From assembly GCF_036971445.1 (NCBI RefSeq), contig NC_091473.1, forward strand, positions 91,264,001 through 91,328,000: DNA of 64,000 nt, read 5' to 3'. This DNA comes from Narcine bancroftii (lineage: Eukaryota). The translations under genes and the position numbers were made by a program. The notes under the pieces were generated by a model. It saw only the letters and a program-made list of their open reading frames with translations, was not told the DNA's origin and ran no database searches. Shown in pieces: positions 38,436 to 50,177 of the stretch; positions within the stretch are counted from its first letter, which is position 1, and every line of letters begins with the position of its first letter.

Positions 38436-41149
38436 TAAAGGAAAGATGGGCAGGTGGGTAGAGGAGGAGGGGTAGCTCTGATGAAAAGAAACAACATTAA
38501 ATCAATAGAAAGAAGGAACATAGGGACAAAAAAGATAGTCATTATGGGTTGAATTAAGAAATGTCAAGGGTAAAAAGACCAAATTAGCAGTTATATACAG
38601 GCCCCCAAACAATAACCGGGAAGTGTACATGAGCTACAGCAGGAAATAGAAAGGGCATGTCACAGATAATATCAAAATAATTATGGGGGATTTTAACATG
38701 GCAGGGGATTGGGAAAGACAGGAAAATACTGGAAGCCAGGAAAGAGAGAGTTTGTAGGAAACCTGAGAGATAGCTTTTTTGAACAGCTTGTTGAGAAGCC
38801 AATCAGGGGATCTGCAGTTCTGGATTGGGTCATATGCAATGAACCCAAGGTCGTTAGGGAGTTAAAGGTCATAGAACCTCAAGGAAGCAGCAATCATAGC
38901 ATGGTTGAATTTAATTTAAAATTTGAAAAGGAAAAAATGTATTAGATGTATCAATTTTTTAGTGGAATAAAGGAAATTACAGTGGTATGAGAAAGGAACT
39001 GGCTCAAGTAAACTGGGAAAGCAAACTCATTGGAGGATCAGAGCAGGACTGGAAGATATTTTTGCAAGTAATAAAAGGCATGCAGGATAGATATATTACA
39101 AGGAAAAAGAAATTTGTCCAAGGAAAGATGGTACCATTGTGGCTGACAAAAGAGGTGAAGGCTAAGCTAAAAGGAAAGGAGAGGGTATACAAGGAAGCTA
39201 AATTTAGTGGGAAATCAAAGAACTGAGACTTCTTTCGACGCTTACAGAAAGAGACAAAGAAAGCCATTTGAAAGGAAAAGATGAGCTATGAAAGGAGATT
39301 AGCTAACAATATTAAAAATGATACTGAGTTTTTTTCAAATATGTAAAGAATAAAAGAGAGACACATGTTGACATAGGACCGATAGAAAACTATGCTGGGG
39401 AAATTGTAATGGGTTATAAAGAGGTGGCAGAAGAACTTAATCAATAATTTACATCTGTCTTCACCGTGGAAGACATTAGTAATATCCTGGACAGTCAGAG
39501 GCTTCAGGGAGTAGAGTTAGATTCAGTTAGGGTTACTAGAGAAATTGTGCAAGGCAAACTAAACTGATTAAAGAATGATTAATCTCCCAGACTGGATGAG
39601 GTGTATATGCAGGTTTTGAAAAAGGTGGCTTTGGAGATTGTAGATCCATTGGCGATGATCTTCCAGAAATCGATAGACTCTGGAGAGTTTCCAGAGGATT
39701 GGAAGGTCACAAATGTGGTTCTGCTGTTTAAGAAAGGTGGGATACAGAAAAAAGGAAACTACAGGCCGATTAGTCTGACGTCAGTGGCTTGGAAGATATT
39801 AGAGTTGATCCTCAAGGATGAGGTGATGAAATACCTAGAGATGCATGACAGGATAGGTCCAAGTCAGCATGTTTTTTTAAAGGTTAGATCCTGCCTGATC
39901 AACCTATTAAGAGTTTTTTTGAAGAAATCTCAAGTAGGATAGACAAAGAAGAGGCTGTGGATGTTATCTATTTAGATTTTAAAAATGCTTTTGATAAGGT
40001 GCCACATATTAGGCGGCTAAATAAGATGAGGGCCCATGGAATTACAGGGAAGTTATTAAACTGGATGGAAAAGTGGCTGATAGGCAAAGGGTTGAAATTA
40101 AGGGTTCCCGTTTTGGATGGCTGCCTGTAACTAGTGGTGTGCCGCAGGGGTCGATCTTGGGGCCGCTGCGGTTTACAATTTTATTAATGATTTGGATTGT
40201 GGTATGAATGGTTTTGTGGTCAAATATGCGGATGACACCAAGATAGGTGGCGTAGTAGGAAGTGTAATAGAAACCGTAAAGTTGCAGAAGCTTATAGACA
40301 GATTAGGAGACTGGCCATAATTATGGCAGATGAGATTTAACATAGAGCAATGTACAGTTGTACATTTTGGCAGTGGAAATAAACAAACAGAATACTATTT
40401 GGATGGGGTGAAAATTCAGACCTCTGATGTGCAAAGGGGCCTGGGTGACCTTCTCTAGGGAAACCTAAAAGTTAATGACCAGGTGAGATTGGTAGTGAAG
40501 AAATCGAATGCTATGTTGGGATTCATTTCAAGAGGAATAGTGTATAAGGGTAAAGAGGTGTTGATGAGGCTCTATGGGGCACTGGTGAGACCTCATTTGG
40601 AGTACTGTGTGCAGTTTTGGGCCTTCTATCTTAGAAAGGATGTGATGTTGTTGGAGAGGATGCAGAGGAGATCTACTCGGATGATTCCCGGAATGCAAAG
40701 GTTAATATACGAGGAGTGTTTGGCAGCTCTTGGGTTGTATTCATTGGAGTAAAAGAGAATGAGATGAGATCTCAGAGATGCATTTTCTATTTTGAAAGGT
40801 TTTGATAGAGTGGATGTGGGTAAGATGTTCCCCTTGGTGGGTGAATCGAGGACAAGGAATCATAGTCTGAAAATTAGAGGTTATCCATATAAAACAGAGA
40901 TTAGGAAGAACTTCTTTAGCCAGAGGGTCTTGGATCTGTGGAACTCACTGCCGCATACAGCAGTGGAAGTCAGATCACTGGGAGTATTTAAGCAAGAAAT
41001 AGACAAGTATCTCATTAGTGAGGGCATCAAGGGATATGGGGGAAAAGGCCGGAAATTGGAACTAGTGTAGAGTACCTTAGTGTAGATTTATGGAACAGAT
41101 TCAATGAGCCTAGTGGCCTGCTTCTGTTCCTTGATTTGTGATCTTGTGA
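38436..41149 (+). mobile_element. CR1 LINE ORF2 (endonuclease and RT), inserted in the gag of the Mag-like element
   Basis: YRPP and GDFN endonuclease motifs, PEDWKVTNVV...NYRPISLTS, YADDTK, LVRPHLEYCVQFW; tail ttgtgatcttgtga. Confidence 0.9.
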
Positions 41150-43428
41150 ATCGTTCTCCACTGAACATGCAGCTGCCTCGTGGGGAACACGGGGGCTGCC
41201 ATCTTGGGAGGCAAGATCGCAACCCCCCCTCCCATCCTAAGCTGACGACTGCTGCCATTAGTGGGCACCTGATATGCTACTTCTGCAGGCAAGCTAAGCA
41301 CCTGAGGAATCGCTGCCCTGCCAGGGTTGCTGTCTGCTCCAACTATGGGAAGAAAGGACACTTCGCGAAGGTCTGTAAGTCAAAACCAATCCCAAGTTCC
41401 AGCAGCGCCACATGCGAGCACACATCACCTGGCTATACTAGGCTGAATTGTGGAGAATGTAGTTATCAGACCCAACCCCAAACTTCCACTCTACTGCTGC
41501 CTCAAGACCCTGAAAAGATGCCCAGGGTTTTTCTCATATTATGCCCAGTGGGTCCCTTGCTATGTGGAGAAAGCCCAACCTCTTATCAGGGCCACCATTT
41601 CCCCCCTGTTAGTAAAAGCCCATGAGGCATTCGACCTGGATCAAAGCCGACTTTGCAAAGACTATGATGCACGCAGTGGACAAATCCATCCCATTCCAGG
41701 TGGAGAGTGATGTGTCCGACTTTGCCCTGGCTGCCACATTTATCCAGATGAGCAGGCCCATAGCATTTTTTTTGTGCACCCTCCAGGGCCTTGAGATCCA
41801 GCTCTCCACCATTGAGAAAGAGCCCAGGTTATCATTGAAGTGGTATGGCACAGGAGACATTATCTTGTTGGAAAGAATTTTACCCTGCTGACTGACCAGT
41901 GGGCAGTCGCCTTTATGGTAAATAATTAGCAGCGGGGTAAAATCAAAAATGATAAAATTCTGAGGTGGAGAATTGAGCTCTTCACCTACAATTATTACAT
42001 GCTGTACAGGGCCGGAAAGTTCAACAAGCCCTCCTTGGATGCCTGTCTTGGGGGACTTGCGCCAGTGAACAGATGGATCGACTGCAGGCACTGCACAGTG
42101 ACCTCTGCCACCCGGGATCACCCATTTTTTTTTTTCACTTATCAAGGCCTGTAATCTCCCCTACTCCATCAAAGACATTAGGACACTGACCAAAAATTGC
42201 CATGTCTGTGTGGAGTGCAAACCGTGCTTCTACCAGTCTGACGAGTCACACCCGATCAAGGCCACTCGCCCCTTTGATCATCTAAACATGGACTTCAAAG
42301 GACCCCTACCCTCCATGAACTGTAACATGTACTTCATCAACATCATTGATGAGTACTCGCAGTTCCCATTTGCCATCCCCTGCCTGGACATGACTGCAGC
42401 TACCATCATAAAGGCCCTGAACAGTCTGTTAACCATTTTCGGATTCCCCTACTATATCCATAGCGACAGGGGTTCGTCCTTCATGAGCGACGAACTGCAC
42501 CAATTTCTGCTGTCCAAGGGCATTGCCTCTAGCCATACCACCAGCTATAACCCTAAAGGGAACGTCCAGATGGAGCGGGAGAATGGCACGGTCAGGAAGG
42601 CAGTACTACTAGCTTTAAAGTCCAAAAGCCTCCCCACCTGTCTCCCCACTGGCAAGAGTTCCTCCCAGAGGTGTTCCACACTATCTAGTCCCTCCTGTGT
42701 ACAGCCTCCAATGAGACACCTCATGAGAGACTGTTTACATTCCCCATGAGATCGGTGTCAGGAACCACCATACCTACCTGGCTGATGTTCCCTGGGCCAT
42801 CCTACTCTGTAGGCATGTGAGGACAAACAAGTCTGACCCTCTGGTCAAGAGGGTCCAGCTGCTCCATGCGTACCCACAGTATGCCTACACGGCATTCCTG
42901 GATGGGTGCAGGGACACAGTATCTATCCAGGACCTGGCACATGTAGGAGCATCTGGACCCTTCCCCCAATCAGCTGACAGGTACGCCCCTTCCCACCAGA
43001 TCTCCAGGGCCCAATTTCCCAACCCCCACCACCCCTGCCAACCTGACAGTCACACACACCTCCCCCCACTCCCCCAAACCCAGCCCAACCAAGTACCCTC
43101 ACCAGACCAACTAGGATGGATCAGCTGAAACCAACAGAGACCTTGCCGGTCACTACGCCAAAGAAGGCCACCAGACAGACTGACTTTATGAGGGTCGGCT
43201 GACCACACCACACACCCTGGGACTTTTTAAAAGAGATGGTGAATATGGTGAAACCATTATTTTACATATTTGTTATATGTAAATTACATGACCCAGCTCT
43301 CACTGGCCAGCTTGTAACTCCCCATAAAGGCTGTCATCACAAGCATGCCCCCAGTTTGAGTCCGGGTCAATGTGAGTGTCCAACACGGGGATGCTGTCCA
43401 TCTCTTGCAAATATAAGATCGTGCATCA

Positions 43429-43725
43429 CCTTTATTGTCATGTATTAGTACAGAACATATATTACACAAAATTGCCTGCTGTAAAGCAGGCAACACCATT
43501 AGTGTTGCCTGGTACCCCCTAAAGAAAGCGAGAAAGAAGCAAAAGAGAGTCCCTTCAGAGACACTGAGTTACATGAATTCACCTCCAGCGGTGCTGCCTC
43601 TGCACTGACTCCTGTTTGATTCATCAGTAACCTGAGCTCTGGATCCAAATCTCCAAAACGATCAGGAAGCCTTCAGCACCCAAGGTCCTTCAGAAGCCCT
43701 TCTTACCCTCTCGAATCCCAGCTGA
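43429..43725 (-). mobile_element. Unclassified non-LTR-like repeat, the target of the Mag-like insertion; related sequence at about 27100-27290 and 27670-27800
   Basis: Shared agagtccc(c/t)tcagag(t/a)cactgagt and aacctgagc..gatccaaa segments; minus-strand AATAAA and tail are split by the insertion at 33289/43433. Confidence 0.45.
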
Positions 43726-44889
43726 TCCACCATACACTTGTCCATTCCACTCATCTATTCAGGTTGTGTTACAATGGATCATTATCCACTTTGCATTTAA
43801 CAATTCTACAAATTTCAAAAATGTGGTTGTATTGCAAATCTAAATTATTAAGAGTTAATGTAAAACAATGGCTCTAACACCAATGCTGAACATCGATTCA
43901 ACTTTATCCAGTTAGGAAAACAACTGTTCACCATGTCTTTTATATCATCAACTTTGTTTGTTACATGAAGTTGTATCTTTTACACTTATTATGAATAATT
44001 CTCCCTTTTGATGACAGAATAAAGTAATTGGATCTCATTTTAATTGATTTTATTTTGTCCTTTTCCTATAATTAACATTTATTAACTTGATCTCTTGTAA
44101 CATTATTAGCAAACAAAAGAAAAATTGGTACCTTCTGAAAATGTTCCTGCACTTTGCAGTTCTTGCTCTTGTTTCCCGTAGATTATTTCATTGTTTTCTA
44201 TGTATTTCTAACTTTCTGTAAGTTTGTTTGTATTTCTTCTGTCAATCTTTTTTATTCTTTGAAACAATCTAGTGTATTTCTGCCATACTTTGCATCATTC
44301 AGTTTATATTCATGCAGTGTCTCAGAGTTAGATAATAAGTTTTAGAATTCTCTTGGTTTTGTGCTGGTTGATTGTTTTAATTGCTTGCATTTTTTGAATA
44401 AAAACAATTAAGTCAATCAATGCAATGAGAATAATTGCTTGTTGACTGAGTCTGTGAAATTTAAGCAGTGAGTATTCTTCGTGTGAGGTTTGAGAAAGCA
44501 GTTGCAATTATGCAATTGTTTCTCCTTCGTAGATATGGACTGGACACAAATGCCACAAAATTGGGCTGTTCCGGATGCCAATTATTTTGAAGTTTTAATT
44601 GTAACCCCTGAATGCCTGTTTTACTGTTGATATTCCTGCTTGCTAAATTGTACAGTTTGGTATTACTTATATCATGCAGCATACTAGAATGATGGCAAAG
44701 TAACATCCAAAAATGATTTGATACCAAATTGGGCCATGAGCATTTGTATCTGAATTCTCTGTGGTAGAACTCCCTATGGAGAATTGGCATTTGAGTTCCT
44801 TTTACTCATACCTTTGACTGTAGATTCCTTTTGGCTGGTAACTCATTCCCTTGCATTTCCAACATCTATGCAGTATTCCACATTGTGCA

Positions 44890-46580
44890 AAACTAGTTCC
44901 TATATCTAAAATGGTAGAGTGGTCGGCTTTGTATTGAGCCAAAAGATATGGGGGAGATCTTAAATGTTTTTTCATCAGTATTCATCAGGAAACAGGAACA
45001 GAGTTGTGGGAAGTAAGGAAAACAAGCAGTGAGGTCATGGAACCTATACAGATTAAAGAGGAGGAAGTACTTGCTGATTTAAGGCAAATAAGGGTGGGTA
45101 AATATTCAGGGCATGAGAAGATATTCCCTCAGACCTTGAGGGAGGGTAGTGTAGAAATTACAGGGGCTGTAGCAGAAATATCTCACCTGACCACGGACAT
45201 GATGCTGGAGGATTGGAGGGCAGCTCACAGTGTTCCGTCGCTTAAAAAAAAAATTCCAAAAGTAACACTGAAAATTATAGGCTGATGAGTCTGACATTAG
45301 TAGTAGGTAAATTAATGGAAGGGGATCTAAGAGATTGGATAGCCAGAAACTAATTAGAGACAGTCAACATGGTTTTGTGCATGGTAGGTCATGTTTAACC
45401 AATCTGATAGTTTATCGAGGAGATTATCAGGAAAGTTGATGAAGGAAAGGCTGTCGATGTTGTCTACATGGACTTTAGTAAGGCCTTTGACAAGGTCCCA
45501 CCTGGGAGGTTAGTCAGGAAGGTTCAGACACTAGGTGAAGTAGTTAACTGGATTTGATAGTGGCTGAACAGGAGAAGCCAGAGAATAGTGGTGGATGATT
45601 TATTCTCAGACTAGAGGTCTGTAACGAGAGGTGTGCTTCAGGAATCGATGCTGGGACCATTATTGTTTGTCATCTATATTAATGATCTGGATGATGATAT
45701 GGCAAGTTGGATCAGCAAGTTTGCAAATAACACTAAGATTGGAGGTGTTGTGGACAGCGAAAAAGGTTTTCAAAGTTTGCAGAGGGATCTGGACTAGCTG
45801 GGAAAGTGGGCTGAAAAATGACAGATGGAATTTCATGCAGACAAATGTGAGGTGTTGCATTTTGGAAGGACAAACCGAGAAAGGATGTACATAGTGAATG
45901 GTATGGCACTGAGGAGTGCAGTAGAACAGCGGGATCTGGGAATACAGATACATAATTCCTGAAAGTGGTGTCACAGCTAGATGGGATTGTAAACAGAAAG
46001 TTTGGCATATTGGCCTTCATATATCAAAATATTGAGTACAGGAGTTGGGATGTTAGGTTACAGTTGTATAAGACATTGATTGGTGAGGCCAACTATGGAT
46101 TATTTTGTGCAGTTTTGGTCACCTAACTACAGGAAAGATATCAAGATAGAAAGAGTAAAGAGAAGATTTACTATGATGTTGCCCAGAGTTCAGGAACTGA
46201 GTGACAGGGAAAGATTACAGGACTTTATTCCCTGGAGCATAGAAGATTGAGGGGAGATTTGATAGAGCTATTTATAATTATGAGGGAGGAATAGAGTAAA
46301 TGTAGATAGACTTTTTCCACTGAGGGTAGGTTAGATATAAATCAGAGACCATGGGTTAAGAGTAAAAGGGGAAAAGTTTAGGGGTAACCTCTTCATACAG
46401 AGTGTGGTGGGAATGTGGAACTATCTGTTAGCTGAAGGTGGGCTCAATTTTCACATTTAATAATTTGGTATATGGATGGGAGTGGTGTGGAGGGCTATGG
46501 ACTGGGTGCAGTTCAGAGGCATAAATAATGGTTCAGCACAGACTCAAAAGGGCCTTTTTCTGTATTGTAGTGTTCTATGG
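44890..46580 (+). mobile_element. CR1 LINE ORF2 3' portion, decayed
   Basis: EDWRAAHSVP, gatgttgtctacatggactttagtaaggcctttgacaaggtcc (DVVYMDFSKAFDKV), CR1 3' end. Confidence 0.85.
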
Positions 46581-46994
46581 TACCTGTGTGCCAAACAGGC
46601 AATATGGAGCTGCTGCATTAGCTCTCTGTGTACAGCAGCTGGGATTTAAACAGTCAGGAGCTTTTGGCTTTCTGAAAGGCAAAAGGCTTAAGGGTAAGGA
46701 GAAAGTGGGAGGAGGGTGGTCAGAGATGGGGAAACATTTTTTCTGAATCTTGCATAATGAGCTGTTCCAGTGCAGTTGAAATGATGTCATTTAATTAGCA
46801 ATGTGAACGAATGCCGAGGCACATCCTATCACATAAAACAGGATAAATCAAAACTATGTTATCACTGTCCAAACCGTTTACTCTTGCTCATCCACGTAAG
46901 AACATCACAAAGTAACCTATCATTGTATCTTGGAATTTTTTTTGCCATTCCTGCATTATTTGCAAGGTGGAATTCCTGTATCTTGCCACCTAAC

Positions 46995-47495
46995 AGTATA
47001 GTGGTGCTGGTGGAGCTGCTTCCTTGCAGCACCAGATACTCAGGTTTGATCATTGCATTTTCTCCCCAAAACCACATGGCTTTCTCCCAGGTGCTCTGGT
47101 CCTAAAGTGGTACAGGTAGATAGGTTAAAGTAAAACACAGAAATTCTGGAGGAGCTCAGCAAGTCTCCAGTGTCCCTAGGAGGTAAAGATAGATTACTGA
47201 TGTTTCAAGCCTATGCCCTTCTTCAAGGTATGGAAGAAGGAGGCAGTGTCTAAACAGAAGAAATAGCAGGGGGAGGAGTATAGACCCATAGATAAAAGGT
47301 ATGGAGAGTTGGATATGGGAGGTTAATTGGCCACTGTAAATTGTTCTGTGTGTTAGTGAATGGTAGACTCTGGGGACGATGATGACAATGTAGAAGAATA
47401 AAAGTAAGGTTACTCTAACAAGGGTAAATGGGTAGTTGAAGGTCAGTGCAAATTCAGAAGCCTAAGGGACCTGTTTAACCATGGTATCTCTCCAT
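46995..47495. mobile_element. Decayed SINE interrupted by a minus-strand Penelope pLTR fragment (about 47128-47320)
   Basis: SINE-like head and tail; ctggaggagctcagc...tgtttcaagcctatgcccttcttcaagg matches the reverse of the Penelope motif. Confidence 0.45.
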
Positions 47496-48846
47496 GAGTA
47501 TATGAACCTAGCATTGTAGAGGTATTTTAATTTGGGTGGGAAAGGTTGAATGTGGCCCGCCATCACTTTCTCAATACAATTATAGATGTAAAAAAGTGCT
47601 GGCCATGATGGTGCTGCTGGCATTTTGAAAAATGAATTTCAAAGGATGGAATGAGAGATGTTGAAAGATGGATGGGTGTGAACATCCTCTAATCTCTAAC
47701 TATAATCTTTGATGCTGTTAGCCTGATAATATGCAATCCTCAAAGTTATTGAGTCAAAGGCCATGGGCATCCACCAACTGGTGACAATCGTATGTGACTT
47801 TCTGTAAGAGGGAGTTGTTGGTAAGTGTATTGTAATGTTTCTGAATGTTGTGTCTGTTGTGGTAGAAGCCTGCAAGTGTATCAAAGCTGTAACTGTAGGG
47901 TGTACTTGCAGTAGTGATAAATGTGTGAGGATGTGGGACATGGGAATGTTTAGTGTGAGATGAGATTGTCAGAAATTCCTGTCTGTTGGTGATGCTTTTC
48001 ACTTTGAAACCGAGTTCAAGATTAATGCAGTTGATGAAATAAGGGGTTTTAATTTTGATATTTTGATACCTTTCCTGATTTTGTGAGGTTATTTTGTTTC
48101 TAGCAATATTTCAGGTTTGGGCTAGGTTTTTCACTATTGTTGTTTGGCATTATGATCGACCTCATTGAAATACCACATTTAGACTGTGGCATGGGTTCCT
48201 GGAAAAAGAAATGCTATCTCTTCTTGGACAATTATTTTTCAACCTCGAGTTTCCTGAGGACTATGATCTCAGCTGAGGCACATAGCCAATACCTTATCTT
48301 ATTGATGGTTCTTCTCAAATGAGGCAAATTTGTAAATATTGAGTGTATTATTTCCTGAGTGTAAAGCAAAAGAATGGAGATAAGAACATCAGGCAGGGGA
48401 CCATAAGAAGCATTGCATTACAATGGAAATGAGAAGGAGTAAAGTAGCCATAAATGCTGCTTTACTGGTCTATTTGAGGTGAACCTGGTATAATTGAAAA
48501 GTTCAATTTTAGGTAAATTGGATCAAAATGGTTTCGAGGGATATGGCCTGAAGACCAGGAAAAAGGACTAGCTTAGGTGGACAACATTGTTGGTTTGGGC
48601 AGAGGCCCTGTTTGCATGTTGAAAATCTCTTTCAATTTTTCATGGAAAACATCACAAACTAGCATCAATATGCTCAGTAGATCATCCGTGTGAATTCATA
48701 AGCAATTTCATACAAATGAGAGGCAGCGGAGAGAAAAGAAGGGGGTCAGTGGTGGTTATTGTTTGTTGAGAAATCCTAATAACTGAATGTGACTTAATTA
48801 GCACAAAAGCATTTTAGTAATAAATTATACTTTTGGACAACGTTAG

Positions 48847-48928
48847 GGTATTTCTGCATGTCCAGTTAAGGAGGATCTATTGGAATGGGTGGCCACATTG
48901 CAAGGATTGAAAGATTCTCTCTGGGAAG
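48847..48928 (+). CDS. UBE2U: UBE2U second coding exon
   Basis: ttag|GGT...GAA G|gtaagt; 82 bp; GISACPVKEDLLEWVATLQGLKDSLWE(G), UBC fold; recalled human GITAKPVSEDMMEWEVEIEGLQNSVWQG. Confidence 0.88.
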
Positions 48929-50177
48929 GTAAGTGCTGAATGAAATTTCTTTCATTTATCATTTCTGAAAGTGAATATGTGGTAAAGGGCAAACAAAAAT
49001 TATGCTTTCTACATCAACAGATGTTGTCAATTAATAATTTAAATGAAAAATCTAAACAAAAAGCATGAAGGTCTGTTTCAGATTTTAAAATGTTCTAGAA
49101 TTACACTTCTTTCCTTTCTGCCTGCACAGTTTTCAGCTCTAATAAATCTGAGTAGTGTGACATATTCTGTGTTTTTTTTTGAGAGGAATTGATAGATGAG
49201 ACAGTAAATTAACAAAACTTCATTTTGAAGCTAAATGGGTGGCAGATGGGTTTGAAAATGCAAAGGAAATTCCATTCTGTAATTTAAAAAAAATTAACGA
49301 TTAGTTGCAAATTATAATGTTCTGAGCTTATTTTTGAGCTATTCTGTTTTTTCCTCCATTTTTCTTCTCTCTCTCTCTCTCTTTCTTCTGATTTCCCCCC
49401 CCCCCTCCCCCCCAATTGGATCTATGTTCTTCTGCTCCACTACATTCATCATTTGTTTTTTTTGGCCTTGCTTTTTTTCTACTTCATGGGAGGATAAAAT
49501 CTGAGGAATGGTAATTTTCCTTTGCCGCTCGTACATCTCCTCAAGAGTCCAGTGAAATTCAATTGAAGTGTATAGAACAAATCTACCTTCATTTTAAATA
49601 ATGCTTGACTCAAGTGACTCTAAAAAGTTTCTGCATTACAGCAGAATAAAAAATATTTTTTTTTAGAATTAATCGCTGTCAGGTTAAAGTAATACAAAAA
49701 TTAATTAAAACCATGTTATTGTACTCTAGTCTCATGTTCTGTATTCACCCCGACAGGAATAAATGAGAGAAAAGTAAATGTTCTTGAAAAACTTGCCAGT
49801 CTGAAGCCAGTAAGGCAGTTATGACATTGATTCCCATTTTGCTTTTAAAATTCCAGCTGAAAGATTTGAGAAATATTGACACTGTACTGGTGCAATGAAA
49901 ACAAACTCTTATTCTTATATAAGAATACAGAACAAAAATGGACTATATTGAAAAAAACCTGTTTAAATTGGTTCAATTTTTTTTTCCCTGTTGAATCTGC
50001 TGATAAAGGGGCTAACCAGTTGGCAAATCCTAAAATGTGCTGCAAGCTGATTTAGAGAGGCAGCATCGCATGTTTCAACTCCTATTCATTACCTGTTGAT
50101 CTGCACAGATGTGTACAAGCCTGGAGTATGGAGTGTCAATCTCCAGGTGGGTCAGAACAGAGTGGAAGGACAAGGCT

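Larger units (their letters stand above)
33294..43428 (+). mobile_element. Gypsy LTR retrotransposon (Mag-like), decayed, with nested insertions
   Basis: 5' LTR 33294-33539 plus 37888-37895, 3' LTR 43244-43428; TSD CCTTT at 33289-33293 and 43429-43433; Gag (INPREPEAADKFALWHCCFEKFL; CYFCRQAKH...GKKGHFAKVC), RNase H (FQVESDVSDFALAA), integrase (DFKGPLP...IHSDRGSSF...ERENG). Confidence 0.88.

Noticed and set aside
38431-41152. TSD for the CR1 in gag (aagtc / gaatc)
   Set aside because: The match is too weak to call.
47690-48010. GT-rich block with Thr/His-rich minus-strand ORFs
   Set aside because: No motif, termini or second copy that I could identify; left unannotated.
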